Source: Rebecca billardiae RCC1528 (Eukaryota; Protista; Haptophyta). Taken from it: DNA of 64,000 nt. Location of the stretch: the NCBI GenBank assembly GCA_965240325.2, contig OZ251222.1:3038001-3102000 (forward strand), read 5' to 3'. The position numbers and the translations under genes were made by a program. Each line of letters begins with the position of its first letter. The first letter of the stretch is position 1. Under the pieces are notes generated by a model. It was not told the origin of the DNA and searched no databases. It saw only the letters and a program-made list of their open reading frames with translations. Shown one piece after another: positions 9,529 to 20,975 of the stretch.

Positions 9529-11995
9529 TGTTGACGTACGCTCCCTGGGAGTTTGGGGCTGCCTGACCTCATTCCGGCGACATTCGCGTCGTCATCGTGC
9601 GCCGAGTCGCACGCCCGCACTCAGGCACCGCACCTCGCTGTGGTCGGTGAGGAGGAGTGTCAGACTGGGCACCAGTCCTCGGTGACACCGTTCCACAGGA
9701 GTCGCGGGTAAGTTTCCACATCTACCCGTACGTACCGGCGGAGGCACGAGGCGACACTATCTCACGGCCAGTCCGGAGCCCCAAACCCTGGGTTTGGGGC
9801 TGCCCGACCCAGTTTATCCGTCATGTGACACCGTCCGCCTCGCCCCTTCGGGGCGGTCCTAGCCCCGCCTGGTCGCTTCCGGTGGACCTATCGCCCACAC
9901 GCGCGGTAGGGAGCACCCACGCTTCTTCTTCAGTCTAACATGGTATCGGAGTCAGCAACGAGACGCGCTCGTTACCGGATCCGACCTCGCTGGCGCAAGG
10001 AACACGCTCGCGCGCATCGCGCGTTGCGAGCCCGCGCGACGATTCACATCCGAGTCGGATGGTCCAAGGCAGGCTAGCCCAACCGCGGCAGCCTTCAAGA
10101 AGGAGGTGTTGACGTACCTCATCCCGACGACATTCGCGTCGTCATCGTGCGCCGAGTCGCACGCCCTGCTCAGAAGCAGGAGGAGTCTCGACACCAAGTC
10201 GATTGACTTCATGAATGCAGCCCTCGACCGCCAAGATGGCCGAGCAGCTTGCAAGGAGGAGATGAGGCGCGATCTACGCGTTCACTAGGCGACGGCGGAT
10301 ACGATCACGTCGATCGACACCGCGCGCCGCTCGATCATCTCCGCGCTCGCTATGTGCAGCTTCTTCGTGACACGGTTGCTAGGCAGCGTCAGTCGTCACT
10401 GCGGCCGAAGCCGACACAAGGTTCTACGCGTGAGACCAGTCCATGTCCCATTGCACCAGCCCACACGCGGTGGTGCACCGTCGCCGTTGACGCGACCCAT
10501 CGAGGAGGAGCAGGCAGGTGGATCTCGGTAAGTCCACAGCAGCTGGCACGACCACACGATCACTCGATCAACTGCCTGGGGCACCACGCCCCCGTCGACG
10601 CCCAAGCCGAGCCCGAGCCTGGTCAGCCAGCTCGGCAGGCGTCCATTCACTGGAGTACGACTGCTCGGACGGATTCGCGAGCAACTCCAGACGCCCCTCG
10701 ATCGCTGCTGCGATTCGCAGCTTCCGGACAGCTTGGCAGCTAGACAGTCGGGCACGCACACGCACGCTCGCCTTACGCGCCCACTCACTCACTTACGCAC
10801 ACGCGCACGCGCACTCAGGCACCGCACCTCGCTGTGGTCGGTGAGGAGGAGTGTCAGACTGGGCACCAGTCCTCGGTGACACCGTTCCACAGGAGTCGCG
10901 GGTAAGTTTCCACATCTACCCGTACGTACCGGCGGAGGCACGAGGCGACACTATCTCACGGCCAGTCCGGAGCCCCAAACCCTGGGTTTGGGGCTGACCC
11001 GTTGCACGGGTGAGTAACCGTGAGCGTATGAAAAAACGACAAGCGTATGAAATCTCGCGGTTTTGTCGCTCGCGCTGCCGCATGGCTGACGTCCGCGCCG
11101 ATCCGAGCGCAACGGTGCATTGCGAAGCCGATTCGCAATGCACCAATCCAATCCGCATGTCAATCGACCCAACCGTCGCTGAGAACGAACGACAAAACCC
11201 AGGGCAGGTGTCCACCACGAAGCCACGCCGCGCGCGCGCTGGCAGCGTGAGCCGGCGCGGTTGCAAAGGGTTGCCCAAAGGCAGAGAGATCAGCCAATGC
11301 GGCTACCTTCGGCAAGCACGCCACCTCAGCGTCAGCATCGGGTGGGGCCGTGAGGATACATGCCCTTGGATGCGGCTCCAGCCAAACGGCTCTCGACGCG
11401 GGGAGCCGCCATCGGCCGCGAGCGCGTACACGGATACACGTGCTGTCCTCGTGAACGAGGATTCAGGAGACGAGGCGCGGCCCGCGATGCGCAGGCAAGA
11501 CCTAGGGAGTGGCTCACGCTTTGATCGCGGGTACGGGTACAGAAGGCGTGCGCACGCAACCACACCGCCTTCGTGAAGCGCGTGGGCAAGCTGCTGAAGC
11601 TCTCACGATGCGCGCTTACTTCTCATCTCCGTGCGCTCGCCGACCGCTCACGCTGCCTTCCGCGCGGCGGACCTGGGAAACCTGCCACCTGGCGCGCACG
11701 ACGCAGCGCGTAACGCGGAAGGTGGTAGATCTGCTGCCACGCTCCCGCTGCCGCCGCCGGCGGCGGCAGCGGCATGCCCACGATGCGGCGACGGTGCTGA
11801 TGACTATCACTGCCAAAGTGTCGTTTTTTCGGCGCTCACGCGTGCAACGGGTCGGCTGCCCGACCCAGTTTATCCGTCATGTGACACCGTCCGCCTCGCC
11901 CCTTCGGGCGGTCCTAGCCCCGCCTGGTCGCTTCCGGTGGACCTATCGCCCACACGCGCGGTAGGGAGCACCCACGCTTCTTCTTCAGTCTAACA
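9529..11995 (+). mobile_element. Non-autonomous LTR retrotransposon (TRIM): 5' LTR 9529-9940, internal region 9941-10106, expanded/interrupted 3' LTR 10107-11995
   Basis: TGTTGA..CTAACA termini; 5-bp TSD ACTTG (9524-9528, 11996-12000); PBS TGGTATCGGAG (tRNA-iMet type) at 9941; PPT AAGAAGGAGG at 10097-10106. Blocks 10811-10995 and 11854-11995 match the 5' LTR. Confidence 0.9.
10996..11853. mobile_element. Non-autonomous TIR DNA transposon nested in the TRIM 3' LTR
   Basis: 13-bp perfect TIR GACCCGTTGCACG with imperfect extension (GTGAGCG..GAAAAAACGACA). 4-bp TSD GGCT; the empty site is visible in the 5' LTR. Confidence 0.9.
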
Positions 11996-12330
11996 ACTTG
12001 TTGACGTGCTAGCTTACCATACACGTATACGAATTACGATGGCAGCATCAGCAGTGTCAGATGGTGTCCTCGAGCGTGTCCCATCAATTATAACCAGCAG
12101 TTGACGACATGTCGTGAGGCGACCGTCGGCTCTGGCTCCGGTTGACCCCGCTGGCCCGCTGCCAAGTGCCAGGGTCATAGAAACCGGGCGTACCGAAAAA
12201 TGATCTTCGCATTCTGATTCAGACTGCGGCCGAATGAACGCCCGAAGTGTCCCACAGGGCTCCAAGTAGGGTTACTATATGGATGGCCAATAAGTGCCCA
12301 GGGTGTGAAACTCAGTTTGTGAAGCTCCTA

Positions 12331-12488
12331 TTCAGACTCTATTTTTCATAGCCGTATTATTTGTAACCCAGTCCGGTGACATATTTCCAATAGCTACGGG
12401 TGCATCCGGATCACGCTCCCGGACCGTGTTCTGACCAGAGTCTGAAATGGGTAAATACATACTATAAATAGTAAAAATAGAGTCTGAA
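12331..12488. mobile_element. Probable MITE (158 bp)
   Basis: 16-bp perfect IR TTCAGACTCTATTTTT / AAAAATAGAGTCTGAA with degenerate inner extension; CTA on both flanks; AT-rich. Confidence 0.6.
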
Positions 12489-12615
12489 CTATAGTCAGGG
12501 GCTATAATAATAATAATTATAATATAATCCGGTTCTAAATTAAGTCATTATTACACTGATGATGTAGGCATGTAGCCATATAGCAGGGCTAAGCGGTGGC
12601 TAACCAGGCTCTGGG

Positions 12616-15440
12616 TCATGCCGATAGTCGTCCTCCGCCTGCTGAATCTGCCTCCAGGCCCTGAGCGTGAGCTTGAGGCTGAGCGCGCGCCCGGCGAGAG
12701 GCCCGTCTCGTGCTCAGCGGCTCGGCAGGGGGCATGGTGCCTTCTGGCTGAGCACCCACACGTGCTGGCGATGCGTTCGCAAAGTCGGAAGCCGAATCGC
12801 CCCCTGCGGAGCGCAGCCTGCGCGCTGATCGGGACGACGCCGCCGGTGTGACGCCTGATGCCGCCCCGGCGATTCGCGGGTCTTGAGGGTCTGCTGGGTT
12901 GGGCGCGTACGCCCGCGCGCGTTGCGCTTCGCGCGCACGCGCCAGGCGCTCCTCGAGCAGCTGTCGCGAGGTCGCATCGTCCTCGCCGCTCGCGAGCGAA
13001 GCTGGCGGCGCTCGCCTTCGCCGGCGCTCGCTCGCAGACCCTGCTGGGTCGGGCATGCTGACACCGGCCTGTGCGCCTTGCGCGGCGGACGCGGACCGGG
13101 GCAGCCGCCGATCGCCGGGCTGCGCGAGCTCGTCGTCGCTCGGGCGCGTGAGCATGTATGAAGGCGCAGCCGATGATGATGTGCGCAGGGCGGCGCGCGG
13201 CACGCGCTGCTGCGGCACGCGCTGCTGCGGCACGCGCTGCAGCACGCCCGCGCTGGGCGCGCACTGCGCTACTGCCGGCATGCCGCCACCGCTTCCGGCC
13301 GCAGTGGCGGCTGATGCGCACGCCACCTGGGCACCACGTGGATCCAGCCAGGGGGCCGGCCCTGGGCTGGGCACAGGCGGCGCTGACTGCCCAACGGGCG
13401 TGTGCGTGCGAGCGACCAGGGGTGCGGGCATCGGCTGCCCGCGGCCTGCGCCGTGCTCCGTCGGCTCCGCGCGCACGGGCCGGCCGCACGGTCCTGGCTG
13501 AAACTGCATGGCGCGACAGCTGCTACCGGAGAGCACCTGCGCGCGGAAACACGCGCGGTGGGCGCAGCGAGGGGGGTCAGCGGGGTGTACGCACCGGCGG
13601 CGCGACTCTCGCGCGGCACGGCGCTCAAGCGCGACGACGACGTACTGATGCGCGGGGTAACGGGTCCTTGGCGGGGTCGTAGCTCACAGAGGGCGGCCTG
13701 GCCACCGGCGGCCCGGAGGTGCGCGCGCCTCGTGACTCCGAGTCTGCCGACTCAGCGCCGCCCGGCTCGATGCGCATGCGCCCTGCAGTGCACGCGCAGC
13801 ACGGGCAGCGCACGTCGCACGCGAGCGCGCCACGGCGAGCCAGGTACCGAAGAAGCAGCAGGATGAGCAGCAGCACGATCACGGCCGCCACTGTGGTCGT
13901 AAACGGGACCACCCAATCGCCCACCGCAGTGATGGACTCGGCTGGCTCAGCTGACTTCTTGCCGCCGTTGTTGTCGTCGTCGTCGTCGTCGTCGTCATCG
14001 TCGTCATCCCCACCGCCGCCGCCCGTATCATCGCCATCGCCGCTTCCAGAGTGTGGCTCGGGCGCGAGTGGCCGGCCCACCAGCCCCGCCTCCGCCTCAA
14101 AGAGCGAGAGAGTCGAGTAGAGCACAGGCCACCCTAGCGCGAGATTGCGCGAGATTGCGTCGTCCTCGAAGAGCGCGAGCGCGCGCGCGTGCTGCTCCGC
14201 GGCAAAGGCGGGGCCGTTGCTGCCATCGGCGACGATGAGACGCGAGTACGTGATCACTTCGACCGCGGCGCACGCGGGCTTGCCCGTCGACTCCGCCAGC
14301 GCAGACACGAGGGCGTCCGCGCGCGCGGAGGGTGCGCTCGTGTAGTTTTCAAGCCGCACCGCGCCTGCTGGCGCCAGGAGCAGGAACTCGAGATTCGTCT
14401 CGAAGTCCGCCGGGTCGAACGCCTTGAGGGAGACCGTCGAGTTGGAGCACATGACGTCGGACGACAGCCGCCTCGCGCTCGCGCTCGCGGCCGCCACGAC
14501 GCTCGGTGCGGCCGCGACAAGCCCGACGCGGAGGAGGGCCACCAGCTCTGGCGGCGATGGCGGCGCTGGCGGCGACGGCGGACTCGGCGGCGGCGGGCTG
14601 GGTGGTGGCGGTGCCGGTGGCGGAGGGGATGGCGGTGATGGCGCGGGAGGGCTCGGCGGCAACGACGGAGGAGGCCTGGGCGGCGGTCGTGGCGGCGGGC
14701 GCAGCGGTGGTGGAGGAAGGAGCGGCGGCGGACTCGGCATCCCTACGCAGAAGCTGCCATCGTCGAAAGTAGCCGTCGAGTCGTAGTTCAGGGCAGTCGA
14801 GTCCGCGCAGCCAGCGAAGAGGCGAATGGGTGCCACCTGCGCGGCGCAGGATCGAAGACACCAGCGCGGGGCGAGGCACGGCGCCACGGCCACCCACGCA
14901 GGCGATGAGTGGCTTGCCGGTGGCGATCCACCCCTGCGCGCCGCCGCACACGCACGCGCGCACCTCCACCGTGAGGTCGACGAGCGCGGACAGGTCGGTC
15001 GCGCTTGTGGCCACCACGTTGTCTATCACGATTGCCAGGACAGCCTCGCTCGGTACCACGAGAACCGACGCAACAACGCGGGCGCTGCCCGCGGTCACCT
15101 GCTCGACGACCACGCGCTGCGCTGGCACACCAGCCGCCTCCGCCAGACCGGCGGCAAAGGCGGCTTGCGCCGGGACATCAAAGGCATCGATTGTGCCGGC
15201 AATTACCGTATCGTACCACAAGCGATCTCCCGGTGGCGGCGGCGGTGGGGGTGGCGGCGGCGATGTGCCCAGCTGCGGCGGCGGCGATCCGGCCGCTGCG
15301 ACTCGCGTGGCGATGGCAAGCAATGCGAGCACGAGCGCATTCGTGAAGAAGAGGACGGTTCGGTGTGGTCGCGAGTAGCAGCGTCCCCAGCCGCGCCCGC
15401 ACTGCGACGTTGTCGCCCTGCATGCCGCGGACTCACGCAT
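12616..15440 (-). CDS. Proline-rich single-pass cell-surface protein (exons ~15440-14964, 14836-13646, 13536-12616)
   Basis: Two phase-0 GT..CAG introns join three ORFs. Hydrophobic N-terminal segment, SP(n) tracts, GCADSTALNYDSTATFDDGSFC motif, poly-Asp, TM helix VAAVIVLLLILLLL, disordered tail. Start codon uncertain. Confidence 0.75.
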
Positions 15441-15685
15441 CAAGTCCACGAGCCGTTAGTGGCTGAGGGCCGCCATGGAAGCCGCTGTGCATACCTCAAG
15501 TTTGGGCCGCGGAACGCCGCCCCGGCCGGTCCGTGTGAAACAAAACGACTTCACTGCCTTTGAAAACAGGACCCCCGGATCCGAAACGGCCGCCCGCTCG
15601 TGCAAACTTGGGCCGCAGTGCTGGGAAAGGAAGGCTCTTGGCCGCCGCCCCCTCAAGCCTGCTCGCGCAGCAGGCTGCCTGCTTG

Positions 15686-16839
15686 ATGCTCGAGGAGCGT
15701 GCCGCGCCCGAGCCGACGCCACACGTGCCCGACTCGGACGACGAGCCGGAGCCAGACATCGGGTTCTCCAAGGGCCCGCCACCCCCCGCGGCCCAGCCGG
15801 GCGAGGACTCGCCGTGGGGCTTTGACCCGCGCGCAGCTCAGGCCGCAGACGAGATGGTGGTCGCACACCGCGGACACTCGTACGACCCTGAGACGGGCGC
15901 GACGCCAGTGACGCCCGCGCCTGCCCTCATCCCAGCGAATACCGATGACGTTGACGACGAGGACGAGCACTCGCACGAGGAGACGGACGGTCTCATGGCC
16001 GCAGCCCGTCGCGAGCCGCCTGAGCCGATGGCGGTTGCGGCGGCAACCGCACCTGCGCCGTCGCGCCAGGTGCTGATGCACGTGCTGCTCTGGCGCTCGC
16101 CGCTGCTCACGGGCTCGCTGTTTTGCTTTCTCAACGTCTTCTGCCTCCTCATCATCTTCTACCACTTCACCGTGCTCGGGCTGCTCGCCAACATGGTGCT
16201 GTGCGCCATCCTGGCGCACATTGTGTACAGACTCGCCGCACTCGCCTACATGCGCTTCACCAACAAGCGGCTCGACGCATTCGCGAGGCTGAAGGAGCAT
16301 GCGTCGCCGTACACGCAGGTGATTGACCTCGCGCAAGTCGAGGAGACCATGGCCGAGGTCGCATCCAAGCCCATCCGCGTGGACTTCATCACGCCGATGG
16401 CGGCCGCAATGGAGGGCGCGCTCAACGTGTGCCTGTGCGACATCAAGGACGCCATCATGCTCAAGTCGTTCGCGACCTGCTGCAAGGTGACCGCGTGCGC
16501 ATGGTTTGTCGCCTTCTTCTGCGCGTCCTTCGATGCCGCTCAGGTGGTCTACGCCTTCGTTCTCGCCCTCTTCACGTTGCCCAAGCTGTGGTCGATGCGC
16601 ACTGCCGGGATGGATGATGCGGTGCGCGCGCGTGCGTGCGCGCGCGTGCTCGCGCGCGCGTGCTCGCGTCCACTCAATGGGGATCACGGCGTTGACACCG
16701 CGACGCTCCCTGCCGCGCGCGTGCTCCCACCATGTTGCAGGCGCGCGCCGCGACCCTTCGGTGCAAGCAGCTGTGGGCGATGCTCCACGAGCACGTCTTC
16801 AGCAAGCTGCCCAGTGCGAGTGTGCTCAAGGAGATGTGA
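15686..16839 (+). CDS. Reticulon-domain protein (exons 15686-16621, 16741-16839)
   Basis: VLLWRSPLLTG followed by two long hydrophobic hairpins and LFTLPKLW. Splicing gives the typical end VFSKLPSASVLKEM*. Confidence 0.85.
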
Positions 16840-19246
16840 CGCAGCTGCAGAGCAGGCGCAGACCCGCGACGCTGCACCCGTCGGTCGTCGCGTCGACAAG
16901 CTGCTTACCAGTTGGCAGCAGATCGACGTTGCTCAGCCATTGGGTTGGTCCTCACTCAATCTCAAGTCGCAGTGCGGACTGTCCGTTAGTCTGCAGTATA
17001 GGAAGCCATTATTAAGACTTATAAATATATAATATTTAATAAGCTCGGAATATATGATCCCTGACCCGGGCCTGATTGATTCGGATTCCGACTCCACGCC
17101 GGGCGACTCCGACCTGATCTACAGGAGTGTCACAGGGCATCCTTCATTCATTCACTCTGTAAATTCACTCGTCATCACTGAGTCACTCTGTTCTGTAGCT
17201 TAAGAGTGTAATCTACGTTGAGCCGCTCTAATGGCAATGCTCGGGAGGCAACCATTGGCCCGGGTCTCACTCAGGTCTGCAGGTGGTCAAGGTCACTGGC
17301 CTGACTGGTCACAGACAGACACAGCGGCGGACGGTGACACCGAGATTTATGACGACGACTCTGATGATTATGATTCCATCATCACTCACGCCTCGCTCGC
17401 CTCCCGGAGGCTGTCACTGTGCCTGTGGGCACCGCCACCGGCCGCCGGGCCGCGCGGGCCTCGGCTCGCTCAGCTGCCCGGAGGCGGAAAGAAGCTAAGC
17501 AAGAAGAGCTAGCCCGTCGGCCCGTCGGGGCGTCGGCGGGCCGTGTTCGGTGTTGAGCTCTGACTGAGGGCTTCATCCATTATTAAATAATCATTTTGGA
17601 ATATACTAAATATTCAAAGCCTCAATCGTCGGCCGGCGCGGCAGCGAGTCGCCCCGCGGCTGGGCCTGCCGCCTGGCGTCTTGGCCTGCGCCTGCGGCTG
17701 CTGCCGCTGCGACGGCCCGCGGCCGCGCCGTATGGCGTATCGTCGGGCCGCGTACTTCCGATTTCCGATTGCCGTTATTATAATTTTCCGTAGAAATATT
17801 TGGTGGGCATTATTATCTGGCCGTGATCCCGCGAGTACAATAACAATTCCAATAAGAATTTAAGTAGTCTAGACAGTCATAGTCAGATAGAATACTCGTC
17901 CGATTCGCTGATCTACTTAGCACAATACTCAGACGTCAGTATGCGTGACGGCATTTACGGGTCGGGCCGGCGGGCCCGCCGCGCGGGGCCGGTTCGGCCG
18001 CGCAGGTACTGACTCACTCAAATGTTACAAACAGTTCCCGTCAGTAGCTACATCTGACGATCCGATCCGAGGGGGCGGAGGGGTGACTAGGGTTCAGGGC
18101 ATTCGGTAGCCATTCCCTATTTCATTCAGGCGGCAGACAGGCTCTTAGGATATGAGAAAGCCACCGGGCCACCGCATCATCACATTCACCGTAGCAACGT
18201 AGCCTTAGACTGTTAAGTTACTCATCCGACTCTGACTCCGAGTCATCACTGATCAGACATCACTCAATGGCTGGACAATCACTGTGTGATCATAGAGGGG
18301 CCAGAGCTCCGACCGTTACACTCCCGGGTGCCACAATCTCCCGAAGTCTCTTAGCATGAACTATCACACGTCGTATTTACTTGGACGAACTAGTTAGTAG
18401 GCGTTAAGGCTTAATAAGTTAATTCCAGGGTGTATAATCCGCCTGTGCCAATTTCAGACTGCCAACATGTGATCTAGCCGATGCGATTCTGGTGCAAATA
18501 GCGCCAGATCACCTTGGAGATCGTGTATCTCCCCTACTAATGTTGCCGAGATTGCGTCGAGATTGAGGTCGTATTTCTACTCCAGCATGTGACATTTTTT
18601 TCGCAAAACTTGTCAGCGTGACCCAAGGTCATTTCGTCAGGCGAATAATATTGATGACGACATCCCGAAGTTTGAGAGCCTAGCTATCATCTCAAGACGA
18701 CAGAAACTCACAGAAAGTTGGATTTTGGGCCACACACCCCACAGTGGGGCTCTGACCCCTCTGTACTCTGTAGCTAGGCCTAGTGTGATCAGTCAAGTGT
18801 CAACTATTGAAATAACGCCTACAGCTAAAATATTTAAAACTCGGCCCGCCATAACGGCGGCCGCCGTCGGGGCTCGGCCTCGGGCGTCAGCGTCTGATGA
18901 ATCGTAGTGTGACTCTGTCGTCTGTCGATGAATCGGGACGAGGCAGGGCGCGAGCGCAGTCAACGTGCATCGCTGATGATCGATGGTGATCATGCTGCTA
19001 AATAATAAGCAATCAGCGCATTATCATGTAGATGATCATTGAATGTTCATTCAATTTCATTCAAAGGGCTCGACCACGGCGTCGCCAAGTCACCTAGTCG
19101 TCCAGGTCTAAGATCGGAACGAGATGTGCTGGTACAAATGACGAGCGCAACGAACTCAAGCAGCAGATCGAGAAGGTCTCCGTCACCTGTGAGTCGACGA
19201 AGGCTGCCGCCGGGCATGGGCACGACGGGATGCCGAGATGGCTTGC

Positions 19247-20674
19247 TTAGGCCGCGACCGCGGCCGGGACGACCATGCGCGCATCACAGCGCGCCTTGAG
19301 CTCGGGGTCCTTCTTGGCCGCCTCCGCGTAGTACTTCATGCACTCGGCCACGTCGTCCTTGGAGCCCATGATGACCTGCAGCGCGCGCAATGAGCCGGGC
19401 CGGGCGCGGGGGGGGGGGTTAGCGCCGCACGGCGTCGCGACGGGGTGCGCGGCCGTCGCACGCACCGGCACACGCTGGTGCACGTTGGTCGGCACAATGT
19501 CCATGATGTTGTGCATGCCCGTCACAGCGAGCCCGCCCGCCTGCTCGATGAGGAACGACATCGGCGCGGCCTCGTAGAGGAGGCGCAGCTTGCCGTTCAC
19601 GTTCTTCTTGTCCGCCGCGTACGCAAAGATGCCGCCGTACAGCAGCGTGCGGTGCACGTCGCCGACCATCGAGCCGATGTAGCGCGCCGAGTACTGCACG
19701 CCCGACTCGCCCTCGCCCTTCTGGATCGCCGTGACATAGTCGCGCAGCGGCTCGTCCCAGCTCCACCGGTTCGCCTCGTTGAGCGAGTAGATCTTGCCGC
19801 GCGGCGGAAGCTCGATGTCCGGGTGCGTCAGCACGAACTCGCCGTTCGTCTCGTCCAGCGTGAAGCCCTGGCAGCCGGCGCCGAGCGAGAAGACGAACTC
19901 GGTCGCAGACGAGTAGAGCACATACCCAGAGGCGACGAGCGCGGTGCCCGGGCGGAGGGTGGCCGCGAGGCACTCCGCCTCGCTCTGCGAGACGTCGGGG
20001 TCGTCGTCGACCATGCACGTCGTGTCGCCCTCCTCGAAGATGCCAAAGATCGTGCCGGTGGGGATGCCCGCGTCAACGTTGGAAGAGCCATCAAGCGGGT
20101 CGAACACGGCAACAAACTTGTTGCCCTCCTCAAAGATGACCTCCTTGTCCGTGAGCGGCTCGCCGTACTTCATGTCGTCCTCCATCGGGACGGGTTCGTC
20201 CTCCTCCTCCGAGGCGAGCACGCCCATCTTGCCCGAGAACTTGAGCGCGTTCTTGAGCACGTCGTTGGTGATAATGTCGAGCTTCTTCTGCTCCTCGCCC
20301 TGCACGTTGATCGAGCCGCCGCCCGCCTGCAGGCCAGTGAGGCCCGTCATCGCCGAGCGGCGCACGAGCGTCGAGATCGTCTTGGTGGCGGTCTGGATGG
20401 ACGCAAAGATCGACTCGAGCTCCTGCATGCCCGGGTTGGCACGCGCGAATTCGATCATGTACCGCGTGAGCGTGATGCCAGTGTATGCGCACTCCTCGTC
20501 GAAGATTGGCAGCACAATTGTGCGGCCGTTGACCTCGCGTGTGCCCGCCTTCGGGGCGGCCGGCTTCATCGACACCGCCGCGCGCGACTGCACGCGCGAA
20601 GACGCCGCGCGGGTGCCGGCGAGCGCGTCGGCCGCGCCCGCGCCGAGCGCAATCAAGGCGAACGTGAGCTTCAT
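19247..20674 (-). CDS. FBP: Plastid-targeted fructose-1,6-bisphosphatase class I (in-frame intron 19376-19465)
   Basis: Signal peptide plus transit peptide; NVQGEEQKKLD, LASEE, FDPLDGSSN, ARYIGSMVGDVHR and GKLRLLYE motifs; acidic two-Cys insertion loop typical of redox-regulated plastid FBPase. Confidence 0.95.
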   Translation of the reverse strand: MKLTFALIALGAGAADALAGTRAASSRVQSRAAVSMKPAAPKAGTREVNGRTIVLPIFDEECAYTGITLTRYMIEFARANPGMQELESIFASIQTATKTISTLVRRSAMTGLTGLQAGGGSINVQGEEQKKLDIITNDVLKNALKFSGKMGVLASEEEDEPVPMEDDMKYGEPLTDKEVIFEEGNKFVAVFDPLDGSSNVDAGIPTGTIFGIFEEGDTTCMVDDDPDVSQSEAECLAATLRPGTALVASGYVLYSSATEFVFSLGAGCQGFTLDETNGEFVLTHPDIELPPRGKIYSLNEANRWSWDEPLRDYVTAIQKGEGESGVQYSARYIGSMVGDVHRTLLYGGIFAYAADKKNVNGKLRLLYEAAPMSFLIEQAGGLAVTGMHNIMDIVPTNVHQRVPVRATAAHPVATPCGANPPPRARPGSLRALQVIMGSKDDVAECMKYYAEAAKKDPELKARCDARMVVPAAVAA

Positions 20675-20975
20675 CGCGGGCGGATCGGCGACTCTGGCAC
20701 GCGAGGGGGGGATCCCCGGACGCGTAATCTAATCTCGTCAAGGGGGGAGATTTGGCCCGCAAGTAATCAACTCGACTGATACGCAGGCGACAGACAACTG
20801 GGTACTACACACGAGTCCAGTAGAACGTCCTCCAGTCATTGCCGTCAGCAACTGACTCATATTGACTGACTCACTGACAGTGATTATTCGGTGAACCAGT
20901 GTCCAGTGCGAAGTTGAAAAGTACCCGGCCCGCCCACCCTCCTGTACTCGGCGTGGACGCCCTGGCAAACGCTAG

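Noticed and set aside
9780-9800. Telomere-like AAACCCT
   Set aside because: A single unit within an LTR palindrome, not a tandem array.
17040-19200. Possible ncRNA or MITE in the long spacer (CAGGGTGT..CACACCCC; GGCCCG clusters, also at 7300-7460)
   Set aside because: No convincing TIR pair, TSD, tRNA cloverleaf or RNA motif; probably decayed TE debris.
19445-20779. Long antisense or overlapping ORFs (also 474-1565, 37128-38423, 50024-50821 and others)
   Set aside because: Shadow frames of real genes caused by high GC3.
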